From contig OZ250169.1 in assembly GCA_965237955.1 (NCBI GenBank), positions 6,592,001 through 6,656,000 on the forward strand: DNA of 64,000 nt, written 5' to 3'. This stretch comes from Candidatus Marinacidobacterales bacterium (GTDB taxonomy: Bacteria > Acidobacteriota > Vicinamibacteria > Marinacidobacterales > SMYC01). The first letter of the stretch is position 1; each line of letters starts with the position of its first letter. The notes beneath the pieces are model-generated. The model had not been told where the DNA came from and did not search any database. It saw only the letters and a program-made list of their open reading frames with translations. Positions 9,200 to 19,694 of the stretch are shown here, piece after piece. Both the position numbers and the translations under genes were made by a program.

Positions 9200-10897
9200 T
9201 CAACCCGGAGGGGCCGGCGGGGGCGGCTCGCTTCGCGGCAACAGACGGTGCAACACGTAGCGGTAGAATCCTGCACTCTCTTCCATGAGGACTTGTGTTT
9301 GATAGCGGCCGAGAACGTCGGCGCAAAATTGGTTCTGGACCTCGTCCTCGACGTTGCACCAGAAGTTATAGTGAAAGTAGACACCGCCGGGAAACCGATC
9401 GAAGAAGTGATCGACGCGGGCGGGTTGGTGCGAGACGAGCGACGCTTGGGCCGCGCTCTGCCCCATCACCTGAATCATCCCCGGGTTGTGGGTCAGCAGA
9501 ATGGAATCTTCGGGAAGTTGCTCCACCATGGCTCGTGCGGCGTCGTGATCGGCGCGTGCTTGCCACCCCTCCATCCCGACAGCCTTCACCAGCGGCAGGT
9601 AGTGCGTGAACGCGTACACGGCGAGACCATAGGGTACAACGCGCAACCACCGAGAGCGACCGAACCGGCGCGCGAGCCAATCGGACACCATTCCCAATCC
9701 GGCACCGGCGAGAATCGCGAGCGGCGCAGCGCTCAATGCGGCGAAACGGACGTCGGCACCGTAGCGGTAGCTACCGGCGTAAAACGGAACAAAGATGCCG
9801 AACAGGAGCGCAAACCAAACGAACGAGACAGCTACTTGTCGTTTGCGGCGTGGGTAGAAAAGACCGAGGAGTGCTGCCAGCGTGAAAAAAGCGGGAAAAT
9901 CGCGTCCCTCGACGTAGTACCTCGCGCTCGGCTTCCAGTTTTGCTTTGCGTGCTTCGTCGAGAACTTCGCTTCGGTACTTCCCCACTTCTCGTGGCGTAC
10001 CGCCCGAAGATGCGCGAAGTGTGGCGTAAGGAGCAGGAAGAGAAGGAGCGCGCAGCCGTACGCGACCCGACGCCGCAACAGGCCGGGCGCCAACAAGAGC
10101 ATCGCGATGGCCGCAACGGCCAAAACGAGTCCCGACTCGGGTCGAAACTGACTCGCAAACGCGAGCGCGGTCGCCCCGAAAATCCCCGCAGCCCACGATG
10201 GCTTCTTGCAGAAGTAGATCCAAGCTCCGATCCCGACAGCACCGAACGCCGCCGCCCCCGGCTCTACCGCGACGGTGGCGCCCCAGAGCAAGCTCTGCGG
10301 CGTCAAGATGTACACGAGCGCGGCGCCGAGTGCGACGCTGGTCTTCTCGAAGAGCACACCGGCGATCCAATAGACCGCTATCGCACCCAGAGCGAACACC
10401 CAGTGATTGAGTCGATGGGCAGCGGCCTCGTCGACCCCGCTCACGCGGAATACCGTCGACAACAAAAAGGGAAACGCGTTCGGCTCTTTGTTGTATTCCC
10501 ACGCCTCGCACGTGAACAATCCGGCCTGGATCATGCCCTCGTTGCACATCTGCGAGCGGCCTTCCCACAGGATGTTCTGGGCGACGTTTTGGTAAATGTC
10601 CTCATCGAAATAGATGCGGTGCGTGCGCGGCGGAAGGAAGCTCACGGTCACGAGCGCAACGACGAACACAACTAGAGGAACGAAACGCCGAGGTGGCAAC
10701 AACTCGCGAATCCCTCGAAAGTTCACAGCAAAGCCGGCCACCATCAACAAAAACGTCCATTCGAGAGAGCGTGGCATGATGAACCGAAGATCATCCTTTA
10801 GCGAAATCGAGTCTCCGGTCGCGAGCCAATAGACGAGCCCGCCCACACCGACAGCCCCGACAGAGATAGCACCGAGCGTGAACGTGAAATGTTTCAT
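9200..10897 (-). CDS. GT-C fold (ArnT/PMT, family 39-like) polyprenol-phosphate-sugar glycosyltransferase
   Basis: Multi-TM protein with IYFDEDIYQNVAQN (DE motif after the first helices) and RPES motif. Confidence 0.8.
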   Translation of the reverse strand: MKHFTFTLGAISVGAVGVGGLVYWLATGDSISLKDDLRFIMPRSLEWTFLLMVAGFAVNFRGIRELLPPRRFVPLVVFVVALVTVSFLPPRTHRIYFDEDIYQNVAQNILWEGRSQMCNEGMIQAGLFTCEAWEYNKEPNAFPFLLSTVFRVSGVDEAAAHRLNHWVFALGAIAVYWIAGVLFEKTSVALGAALVYILTPQSLLWGATVAVEPGAAAFGAVGIGAWIYFCKKPSWAAGIFGATALAFASQFRPESGLVLAVAAIAMLLLAPGLLRRRVAYGCALLLFLLLTPHFAHLRAVRHEKWGSTEAKFSTKHAKQNWKPSARYYVEGRDFPAFFTLAALLGLFYPRRKRQVAVSFVWFALLFGIFVPFYAGSYRYGADVRFAALSAAPLAILAGAGLGMVSDWLARRFGRSRWLRVVPYGLAVYAFTHYLPLVKAVGMEGWQARADHDAARAMVEQLPEDSILLTHNPGMIQVMGQSAAQASLVSHQPARVDHFFDRFPGGVYFHYNFWCNVEDEVQNQFCADVLGRYQTQVLMEESAGFYRYVLHRLLPRSEPPPPAPPG

Positions 10898-12579
10898 GAC
10901 TTCGGCGGCTCCACGAGGAAATCACCGATGATGAGCGCATCGGCGCCGCACCGTGTAAACGTCGAGAGCGCATCATCCGGCGACGCCACCATCGGCTCGC
11001 CGTGTAGGTTGAAGCTCGTGTTCAACACCGCACCGACGCCGACGCTCTCGCGCAGCGTCTTCAGGAGCTCGTAGTACTTCCCATAGCTCCTGTCGACCAT
11101 TTGCGGTCGGCAGGTGCCGTCGCTCCCGGTAACTCCGGAGAGAACCTCCCGTGCCTCGGGCCGCACGCGATAGGCCATCGTCATGAAGCGATTCGGCATG
11201 TCCCCGTTCTCCAACAGGCGCTCGGCTTCCTCGTCGAGCATGGAAGGGCAAAACGGCTGATACCAGACGCGTCGTTTCAGAGTCGAGTTCAAACGATCGC
11301 GCAGCTCGGGACGGTCGGGCCGCGCCAAGATACTACGCCCGCCGAGCGCACGGGGGCCATACTCCATGCGTCCTTGAAACCACAAGACGATCTCGCCTCG
11401 AGCCAATCGAGACGCGGCTTCGGTGACAACACACTCGGGCTTGCGGCGGCTGAGTCCCGACGCGTCTAACGAACGCTCCACCGACTTCGCCGACACTTCC
11501 GGTCCGAGGCGAAGATCACCTAGTGAGAACGAGGCCCGAGCCCCCCTATTAACCGCGCGTGCGAGCGCGGCCCCGAGCGCTAAGCCGCCGTCTCCCATAT
11601 GCGGGAACACGAAGAGCTCGTCGACGTCCGGAAGCTCCATCAGCTTCAAGTTCGCTTGGATATTGCTCGCGACGCCCCCGGCGTACACGACACGTGTCAT
11701 GCCGGTCTCACGAAGCGCACCGGCCACGAGCTCGGTGACTTTCGTCTCGACAACGCGTTGTGCCATCCACGCGAACTGCTCCGTCGGCACCATCGCGAGC
11801 TCTCGTGCGAGAAAGCGTTTCAGCCGCATGGGTCCGAATCGACACCGTAGCGTCGAGCCGTCGACATCGAACAAGTCCATCAAAGGATTCTTATCCGGAT
11901 CGGTAGGATGGCCGTAGGCAGCGAGGGCCATGACTTTGCCCTCGTCTTCCAACTCACGCATGTTCATGAGCTGAGTGACATGCTCGTAGAAGATGCCTAG
12001 TGAGTGACGCGCGGGAATGTAGCTCTTGGGCGATAGCTTCCCGTCGCGAAGAACCGACAAGCTTCCCGACAATCCGTCACCGACACCGTCGAGGGTGACG
12101 ACGAGTGCATCCGAGTAGCCCGACGTATACGCAGCCGAGGCGGCATGCGCGAGGTGGTGCGGTACCCATCGCAGCTTCGCTGCACCCAAACCAACGCGAG
12201 AGAGCCCCTTCCCGAGCGCGTGTGCGCTCAGCGCGCGCGACACCGCGTTGGGCCGCCACGTCGTCAGGTTGTACTTGAACGCACGCTTGAGGGGATCGAG
12301 CGCTTTTGGCCGGACCTTGCGGCGACGGAGAAGGTAGTACTTCTCTTTCATGCTCGGGAATAGCCGCGTCAGCGTCTTGGCGGGATCGGTCGTCGTCGCC
12401 GCGACCTCGCTCACGTCGCTCGAGAGCTCCAAGCAAGTCTCGATCGCCCGTGTCGGGAACCCAACCTCAAGCTTACGCCGCGTGAGCCGCTCTTCGTTCA
12501 CCGCACAAAGAATGCGCCCCGCCTCGGGATCGACCAAACAAGCACCCGCATCGTGTCCATCCCAAATCCCAAGAATCAT
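10894..12579 (-). CDS. Carbamoyltransferase (CmcH/NodU/TobZ family)
   Basis: MILGIWDGHDAGAC, EERLTRRK, HHLAHAASA, DGVGD, EGKVMALAAYG, EYGPRALGGRSIL, NTSFNLHGEP. Confidence 0.93.
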   Translation of the reverse strand: MILGIWDGHDAGACLVDPEAGRILCAVNEERLTRRKLEVGFPTRAIETCLELSSDVSEVAATTTDPAKTLTRLFPSMKEKYYLLRRRKVRPKALDPLKRAFKYNLTTWRPNAVSRALSAHALGKGLSRVGLGAAKLRWVPHHLAHAASAAYTSGYSDALVVTLDGVGDGLSGSLSVLRDGKLSPKSYIPARHSLGIFYEHVTQLMNMRELEDEGKVMALAAYGHPTDPDKNPLMDLFDVDGSTLRCRFGPMRLKRFLARELAMVPTEQFAWMAQRVVETKVTELVAGALRETGMTRVVYAGGVASNIQANLKLMELPDVDELFVFPHMGDGGLALGAALARAVNRGARASFSLGDLRLGPEVSAKSVERSLDASGLSRRKPECVVTEAASRLARGEIVLWFQGRMEYGPRALGGRSILARPDRPELRDRLNSTLKRRVWYQPFCPSMLDEEAERLLENGDMPNRFMTMAYRVRPEAREVLSGVTGSDGTCRPQMVDRSYGKYYELLKTLRESVGVGAVLNTSFNLHGEPMVASPDDALSTFTRCGADALIIGDFLVEPPKS

Positions 12580-12582
12580 CGC

Positions 12583-12610
12583 GATACTGGATGCTGGATG
12601 CTGAATGCTG
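12583..12610 (+). repeat. Heptamer tandem array GATGCTG-like x4
   Basis: gatactg gatgctg gatgctg aatgctg fills the gap between the radical SAM and carbamoyltransferase genes. Confidence 0.75.
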
Positions 12611-12611
12611 A

Positions 12612-14023
12612 CTAAGCGTGCGTCCAGCCGAGGAAGCGCTTGAGCGCTGAGCCGACGTGCCGGAGGTTTCTTGGCGAGAGCATCGACAAAGCTCCGAAAG
12701 CAACCGAAGGCCGCGAATAAAAACGACGGTAGGCCCTTTGCCGGTAGGCCATGACCTCTTCCGGTGTGAGACCGGGAAGCTCGAGGAGCGCTTCGTCTTG
12801 CCGGAACCGGTCGAACGCGGCGTCTTTGAGCCATCCCTTCTCTCTCGCCTCGGTGTACAACCTCGAGCCTGGAAAAGGAACCGCGCAATAGAACTGCTCG
12901 AAGTCGAGCGGCAAGCGCTCGGCGAGAGCGAGCGTCTTGTCCAGACTTTCTTTCGTCTCCCCGGGAATGCCCAGGACGAAGTGTCCGGCGACTTTGATTC
13001 CGGCCTCTTTGGCAATGCGCACCGCCCGCTCGGCGTCCTCGACGGTTGCCCCTTTGCCGGCTCTATCGAGCGTCGCCTGATCGCCACTTTCGATCCCGAA
13101 CGAGATCATCCAGCAGCCGGCTCGTTTCATCGCCGCCGCGAGCTCGGGATCGATCGTATCGACCCGGCTATTCGATGCCCACGCCACTCCGAGCGGCTCG
13201 ATAGCATCGCAAAGATCGATCACGTAGCGCTTGTCGATGGTAAAGGTGTCGGACCAGAAGAACAGCTCGCGCACGCCGTGTACTTCGATGTTTCTTCGAA
13301 TCTCGTCACGGACGCGCTCGACCGACCGGCGCCTGAGCTTGGCGCCGTAGTACGTCTGCGCGGTGCAATAGCTGCACGGATAGGGGCAGCCGCGATGAGG
13401 CGTCACCATCAAGAACCGGCTGCCTTTGAGGGGCAAACGGTAAACGTCGAGGTCGAACAGATGCCATGCGGGATCGGGAAGCGCGTCGAGTCCGTCAAGA
13501 AACGGTCGGTCCGCCGTCCGCTCGAGCTCGTCTCCGCTTCGATAGCTGAGCCCAGCCACGGCGCTCCACGAGGATCCGTCGTCGAGTCGGGCCACCCATT
13601 CCGACGCGGTCGCTTCAGGCTCGTTGCGAAAAATAGCGTCGAGGCCCGGCGTTTGCTCGAGACAAGACGTGTCGAGTGTGGTCACGTGCGTACCGAAGAC
13701 CGCGGTGCGCGTCGACGGCGCTACCGCGCGGATCTCGTTGGCAGCGACAAATCCGACGCGATCGACGGGGTCCCGGTGCTCCAAATGACGGCGTCCGGCG
13801 GGTCGCTTTCGATGTCACCCAGGAGCTTGTCCCGCGGGTAGCCGAGCGCTGAGCCATCGAGCGCCTTCACATCGTGACCGTCACGCTCGAGAATCGCTCC
13901 TATTGTCGCGAGAGAGATGGGCGGCCACAGCGTCGTCCACACGCCGCCTTCCTGAGTGCAGCGGCCCTCGCGAATGAACCCTTTGCCTTCTCGCGTCGGC
14001 GGATTCAGAAGTAAGACTTTCAA
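12612..14023 (-). CDS. Cobalamin-binding radical SAM protein (class B methyltransferase-like); 1-nt frameshift near 13741
   Basis: MKVLLLNPP...WPPISLATIGA B12 domain joins RGCPYPCSYC radical SAM domain; adding one G restores SDLSLANEIRAV. Confidence 0.88.
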
Positions 14024-14044
14024 TCGAGTGGCTCCCCTTGAAGT

Positions 14045-14719
14045 CTAGAGCATCAACCGCGCAAGAGAAAGCACGTAGCCCGGGCCGTCTCGCCACACCG
14101 AGATATGCGAGCTTCCCGCTTTGCGCGCGTGCTCGTGCGTGGGCACCTCGGCAAGTGTCTTGCCCGCTCTGAGGGTCGCCACGATCATCTCTTGCTCGAT
14201 CGTCGTGTGGCGCGAACGAAGCTTCAGGGATTTCAACAAGTCGGTTCGGATCGCACGGAAGCCGTTTTGGCTATCCGAAAGCCGGACGCCGTAACGCCAA
14301 TTGATACATGCGGTGATGAACGAGCTCCCCGCGAGCCGCGCCCACTCATCGAAGCCGCCGTGCAACTCGCTCGAGCCACCGAGAAGCCGCGAACCGGAAA
14401 CGTGATCCGCCCGCCCTTCGAGAATCGGTGCGGCCAGCTTCGGGATATCGTCGGGATCGTGTGAGCAGTCGGCGTCCATGAGCACACACACCTCGCTTTC
14501 GAGATGCTGGATGGCATTGCGAATCGCGCGGCCCTTACCTCCACCGGTATCCGTGACAACGCGTGCGCCCGCTGCGGCAGCTCGCTCGGCAGTGCCGTCT
14601 CTCGACGCGCCATCGGTCACGAGCACATCGCCGACGTGCACGAGAGCCCCTTCCACGACTTCAGCGATCGTCGGCGCTTCGTTTTTGGCCGGGATAAGAA
14701 CCGAGAGCCGGTCGGAGAT
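14045..14719 (-). CDS. GT2 glycosyltransferase (DPM1/polyprenol-phosphate glycosyltransferase-like)
   Basis: LSVLIPAKNEAPTI, DGASRDGT, GKGRAI, MDADCSHDPDDI, GSR, DSQNGFRA; the conserved N-terminus starts at ATC 14719. Confidence 0.9.
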   Translation of the reverse strand: MSDRLSVLIPAKNEAPTIAEVVEGALVHVGDVLVTDGASRDGTAERAAAAGARVVTDTGGGKGRAIRNAIQHLESEVCVLMDADCSHDPDDIPKLAAPILEGRADHVSGSRLLGGSSELHGGFDEWARLAGSSFITACINWRYGVRLSDSQNGFRAIRTDLLKSLKLRSRHTTIEQEMIVATLRAGKTLAEVPTHEHARKAGSSHISVWRDGPGYVLSLARLML

Positions 14720-14722
14720 GGG

Positions 14723-15223
14723 CTACCTCTTCTTGGTAGGAACGAACTGGTTGACGCTATCGCGTTCGAAGTCTTTGATTTTGTCGCCCTGTTTGGCAGA
14801 CGTCGCGTTCACGACGAGATTTGCGATGCGCTCAGGATCTTCATCGATGACCGGGTAAGAGCACGACGCGGTCTTGCGCAGCGAGATCTCATAGGGCCGG
14901 GTGCGGGTAATCTAAAACTCGTTGTCGACCGCCCACACATAGTAGTCGATCGCGTTCACGCCGCCTTTGGCCACCGGCAAGGTCGCACAGAACTGAATCC
15001 CATCGAACGCCATTTTGCTCCAGTAATAAGCGTCTTGCCGATCGGAGCGAAAGTAGACGCGTACGCGCTTGATCTCCCCGTCGTCGAGGACGTAAGCGCA
15101 GATACGCGGGTTTTTCTCAGGAACGGAGCACTCGACCGGCTGATGGTCGAGGATGGGCTCATCGGCAAGAGCGTAAGCTCCGAACGCCACGAGAGCGGCG
15201 CCGAAAAGAACTCTTATTGCCAT
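14723..15223 (-). CDS. Small secreted Cys-containing domain protein; one in-frame TAG at 14912-14914
   Basis: Signal peptide + HQPVEC...RVYFRS..YYW..M....FCATLP....IDYYVWAVDNEF*ITRTRPY...; same domain as the N-terminus of 7413-9077. Confidence 0.7.
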
Positions 15224-17200
15224 TGGATTGTTTTGAGCAGCTTTGCGTCGCCGATGAGGGTGACGACGGCTTGAATGCTTCCCTCGTTCTGTTCCTCGCT
15301 CCACGTTCCCGGCACTTCCCAAATCAAGCTCGTGTCGCGCGGGTTGATGCGCTGCACCATGGGTTGGAGCTGTTGGCCTTTGCCGGTGGTTTTGGGGCCG
15401 AAGGTCGAGATGAGCTCGATGGATTTTATGCCGATCGGGCGGTTGCTCGGGTTGTGGATACGAACCCGCAAGTAATAAGGATCTCCCGTCTGGACAGTTG
15501 CCGGGTAGATCTGAACGATGAGCTCGGCGGGATTGTCGGGCGCGCTGGTGGCACGATTCACTTGGACGCCGCCTCCGGCCTCGAACCCTTTCGGCGCGTC
15601 GCTCTCACCGGGCCCCACGAATTGCGTCTTCGTCTCTCGAATCACGAGCGCGGCGACCCTCACCGTCGCGGCCGCTTGCTGCATCGCGTTTTGCGCGGTG
15701 TTCCTCGCGGTGATGAGCTGCGCGTTGTTCGGGTCGATCTCGAGTGCCTTGTCGAAGCTAGCGATGGCACCCTCGTAGTTCTGTGCTTTCAAGTGTGCGG
15801 TCGCCTCGGTTACGAACGCATCGATCCGTTGTTGCTGTACGGCCGCGATCGCCGCGTGTTGTGATTGATTGCGCGAGCGCTCGAGCTGGCGGTCGAGCTG
15901 ATGCCAGCGCGGGCTTGTCGGATCGAGCTGCCGCCCTTGTCGGATGAGCTGCGCGGCGCGAGAGAGATCGCCGGCATTGATCGCGAGAGACGCGTCGGCC
16001 GCAAGTGCTGTCGCTCTCTCCGAGCTCGAGGGGCCCCTATCGACGTTGGGCGTCGGCGTCGCCTGAACTTGTTGAACGGGGGTCGGCACCGGGGCAGCCT
16101 CGATTTCCTCGATGGCCTGGTTCACGCGCTCCTGGAGAGCGAGAGCTGCGGCGTTTTTTGGCTCGGCCAACAGAACAGTGTCGACGGCCTGCAACGCCTG
16201 TGAAAGCTGTCCCACCTCGAGCGATCTTTGGGCGAGTGCGAGCTGTCCGGCAAACGTCCGTCGTCGGCCTCGGTGGAGCACTCGCACCTGCCGTTCCCCC
16301 GTTCCCCGTGCTTTGTTGCGTGAACCAGAAGACACCGCCACCCACGGCGATGAGCAGAGCGATGACGGCAACATATTTACCCCATCCACTCGATTCCTGC
16401 ATCGGGATACCGACGCCGGCGCGCGTACCCGTCTCCGTACCGACTTGCGTTCCGCGCATCATGCGCGTGGGTTCGGAGACGGTGGTGCGACCGGTCGCGG
16501 TCCTCCCGGCGCGCGTCATTTGGCCCGTACGGCCCGCCCCGGTTGTCGGGTACGACGTCCCCGGGCGGTGCGTGCGCGATCCCGAGCTCGTCGCGCCGAG
16601 CACCCGTCCGGTGCTGCTGCTGCTCGTGCGGCGCCGGCCACTTCCATCGGAGCCCGTGCCCGAATCCATATCGGGTGTCGCGGCAGGATCGAACATGGTG
16701 TCGAAGACCGTGTCTTCGTTCAAAACCTCGTGATAGAGGTGGATGAGATCGGAAAGGTCATCCGCGAGATCGTCGGCCGAGGCGTAGCGTTCGTCCGCCG
16801 TCTTCGAGAGCGCCTTGTCGACGATGGCCTGGAGCTCGGGCATCTCATTGCCGTCGGGAAGCACGAGCTCGGGCGGCTCCTGATTGAGCACTTTGAAGAA
16901 CACCGCTTGGATGTTCTCGCCGGAGAACGGTTTCTTGTTCGTCAACAGGCGATAGAGGATGACGCCGGCACTGAAGATGTCCGAACGGCCGTCGACTTTC
17001 GCACTACGAATCTGCTCGGGCGACATGTAGTCGGCGGTTCCGAGAACCGTGCCCGTTTGCGTCTGTGACGACTGCTGGAGGTGGGCGACACCGAAGTCCA
17101 TGATCTTCGCTTCCCCGCCGTCGACGATGTAGATATTCGCAGGCTTGATGTCGCGGTGGACGACATCGTTTCTGTGGGCGTGTGCGAGTCCACGGCAAGT
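15214..17200 (-). pseudogene. Hanks-type Ser/Thr kinase-TM-TPR protein; 5' truncated, with a 1-nt frameshift near 16255
   Basis: HRDIKPAN, IMDFG, GTADYMSPEQ, DGRSDIFS; subdomains I-V missing (TGA at 17201-17203); removing one T links the TM part to the TPR part. Confidence 0.8.
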
Positions 17201-17292
17201 TCAAACGGAGCGGGGTCGGTCACCTGGCCACCGGGGCCTTCAGGGCCTGAGGGCTCAACCATTTGGCACTGAACCACTTCTGCCGTATTCTT

Positions 17293-18375
17293 ATGGAACG
17301 TCCTATCGCCGAAGGTTTTTCCTCCTTGAGCCCTGAACGTTGTCTCCGTGTCGACAAGCTCGCAGTCGAGCTCCACGGAGAGCTAATAGGAGACGGTTCC
17401 GTCGAGCTCAGCGGAGTCTCGTCCCTCGCGGACGCTGGTCCGTCCGACATTACGTTTTTCTCCGATCTCCGATACCGGAAGATGCTCGAAAGCACGCGAG
17501 CGGGAGCGCTCATTACGAAGGAGCCCTTTTCCAGGCTCGATATTCCTCAGATTGTACACCCGGATCCCTTTCTTGCGTTCATGGAACTTGTCAACGTGTT
17601 TTTCCCCGAGCCGCAGGTGCAGCGGGGGATCCACCCGCTCGCCCACGTCTCCGATTCCGCCCGTCTCGAGGAAAACGTGGCTGTGTTGCCGTTTGCGTAT
17701 ATCGGCGATGAGGCTGTCGTCGGCGCCGGGACGGTAATCCACACCGGAGTCTATGTGGGGGCGAAGGCTGAGCTCGGCGAGCACTGCACGCTTTGGCCCC
17801 ATGCCATCGTGCGCGAAGGTTGCCGTCTCGGCCGACGCGTCACCCTCCATCCCGGGTGCGTTATCGGTGGGGACGGCTTCGGCTTCGCCCGGCGCGATGG
17901 CAAGTTCATCAAAGTGCGCCACGTCGGGACGGTCCATATCGAGGATGACGTCGAGATCGGCACGAACGCCACCATCGACCGCGCCACGTTCGGTAAAACC
18001 GTGATCCGCCGCGGGGTCAAGCTCGATAACCTCGTTCATGTCGCCCACAACGTCGAGATCGGCGAAGATTCAGCGATGGCAGCTCAAGCCGGTGTCTCTG
18101 GCAGCACTGTGATCGGCAAGCGCGTGCTGATGGGCGGCCAGGTGGGGATGGTCGATCACCTCACCATCGGCGACGACGCGGTTCTCATCGCTCAATCGGG
18201 TGTCATCGGTAATATCCCCGAGGGTGCGATGGTCTCGGGATATCCCGCAAGACCCCACAACGAAGTGTTGAAGTCGACGGCAGAGCTCCGCGGTCTGTCG
18301 CAGCTGCGCAAGAAAGTCCGCGAGCTGGAGGAGCAAGTCCGTGCCCTTAAAGAAAAGACTGAGGACGGTGAATAG
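17293..18375 (+). CDS. lpxD: UDP-3-O-acyl-glucosamine N-acyltransferase (start uncertain)
   Basis: Hexapeptide repeats, IGGDGFGF, VEIGTNATIDRAT, KLDNLVHVAHNV, SGYPARP. Confidence 0.95.
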   Translation: MERPIAEGFSSLSPERCLRVDKLAVELHGELIGDGSVELSGVSSLADAGPSDITFFSDLRYRKMLESTRAGALITKEPFSRLDIPQIVHPDPFLAFMELVNVFFPEPQVQRGIHPLAHVSDSARLEENVAVLPFAYIGDEAVVGAGTVIHTGVYVGAKAELGEHCTLWPHAIVREGCRLGRRVTLHPGCVIGGDGFGFARRDGKFIKVRHVGTVHIEDDVEIGTNATIDRATFGKTVIRRGVKLDNLVHVAHNVEIGEDSAMAAQAGVSGSTVIGKRVLMGGQVGMVDHLTIGDDAVLIAQSGVIGNIPEGAMVSGYPARPHNEVLKSTAELRGLSQLRKKVRELEEQVRALKEKTEDGE

Positions 18376-18382
18376 GGCCCGC

Positions 18383-18424
18383 GATCGGTCATCTGCCATC
18401 GGCCATCAGCCATCGGCCATCAGC
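18383..18424 (+). repeat. Heptamer tandem array CATC(A/G/T)GC x5 plus one degenerate copy
   Basis: gatcggt catctgc catcggc catcagc catcggc catcagc. Confidence 0.9.
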
Positions 18425-18446
18425 TTGTTGCGCTAGAGAGATTGCC

Positions 18447-19694
18447 GTGTTGTCGGTTGACGAAGCGCTTTCTATTGTTCTCGAGAACGTGAAGTCGCTG
18501 CCGTCCGAAGAAGTCGACTTCGGCGACGCAAGCGGGCGGCTTCTTCGGGAAGACGTCGCGTCGGACATCGACATGCCTCCGTTTCCACGATCGGCGGTCG
18601 ACGGGTTCGCGGTGCGCGCAGACAATCTCGCCTACGTCCCTGCCCGGTTCGCCATCGTCGGCGAGATTCCTGCCGGAAGCTTCCCTGATTTTCGCGTCGG
18701 TCGCGGCGAAGCCGCTCAAATCATGACCGGCGCGCCTATCCCCGAGGGAGCCGACGCGGTTCAGATGGTCGAGAAGTCTCGAACCGAAGGCGATCACGTC
18801 GAGATCATCGAGTCGGTCGAGAGCGGGCAAAACGTCGCAACCCGCGGCAGTGAAGTCGAAAAAGGCGACGTGGTTCTTCGGAGCGGCACCAGGCTCGACC
18901 CTGCCGCGGTCGCGGTCGCCGCCACCGTTGGCAAGACCCGCCTTCTCGTCGGACGTTGTCCGAAAGCGTCCGTGATTGCCACCGGTGACGAGCTCGTCCA
19001 CCCGTCGGGGGCGCCCGGACCGGGCCAGATCCGCAACAGCAATGGTTTTTCCCTCGTCGCTCAATGCCGGCAGGCCGGAGCTTCGGCGAGCCATCTCGGC
19101 GTCGCCAAAGACGACGAGGCGTCGCTCGAAAAGCTCATCAAAAAGGGGCTCGGTGACGACTTGTTGTTGTTGTCCGGCGGCGTCTCTATGGGACGATTCG
19201 ATCTCGTCGAAAAAGTCCTCGAAGCGCTGGGGGTGCGTCTCCTGTTCGAAGCGGTCGCGCTCAAGCCCGGAAAACCCCTCGTGTTCGGTCTTTCAGATGA
19301 TGGTACGCTGGTATTTGGACTTCCAGGAAACCCCGTCTCGACCATGGTGACTTTCGAGTTGTTCGTACGGACAGCCATGGCTCGCCTCGAAGGAGCGAGC
19401 GACCCGCGGCGAGCGCTGATCGCGGCGACGCTTGACGCCAATCTCCGAAACCGCGGCCCGCGGCGAGCGTTTCTCCCTGGTTGGGTCCGACCCGATGATG
19501 ACGGCAAGCTTGTCGCGTATCCGGTGCGCACCAAAGGCTCGGGCGACATTGTCGCCTTTTCCAAAGCGAACGCACTCCTGGTCGTTCCCGAAGATCGAGA
19601 CGCGATTCCAGCCGGAGACGTCGTGCGTTTTTATCCGCTCGACAGCTTTCTCAACAAAGAGGATCGATGGCAGGCAGGAAACAACCCGAGCTGA
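18447..19694 (+). CDS. moeA: Molybdopterin molybdotransferase
   Basis: PPFPRSAVDGFA, IMTGAPIPEGADAV, TGDEL, SGGVSMG, KPGKP, GLPGNPVS. Confidence 0.95.
   Translation: MLSVDEALSIVLENVKSLPSEEVDFGDASGRLLREDVASDIDMPPFPRSAVDGFAVRADNLAYVPARFAIVGEIPAGSFPDFRVGRGEAAQIMTGAPIPEGADAVQMVEKSRTEGDHVEIIESVESGQNVATRGSEVEKGDVVLRSGTRLDPAAVAVAATVGKTRLLVGRCPKASVIATGDELVHPSGAPGPGQIRNSNGFSLVAQCRQAGASASHLGVAKDDEASLEKLIKKGLGDDLLLLSGGVSMGRFDLVEKVLEALGVRLLFEAVALKPGKPLVFGLSDDGTLVFGLPGNPVSTMVTFELFVRTAMARLEGASDPRRALIAATLDANLRNRGPRRAFLPGWVRPDDDGKLVAYPVRTKGSGDIVAFSKANALLVVPEDRDAIPAGDVVRFYPLDSFLNKEDRWQAGNNPS

Noticed and set aside
9125-10675. Long antisense ORFs (e.g. 516 aa here; also 12657-13841, 21137-22366, 52302-53546)
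   Set aside because: Shadow ORFs opposite well-supported genes, expected at high GC; no motifs
14912-14914. In-frame TAG as possible pyrrolysine or alternative genetic code
   Set aside because: TAG ends many intact genes here, no pyl genes are present, and the paralogue is broken by TAA instead
18383-18424. Heptamer arrays as a CRISPR array
   Set aside because: 7-bp units with no spacers and no cas genes
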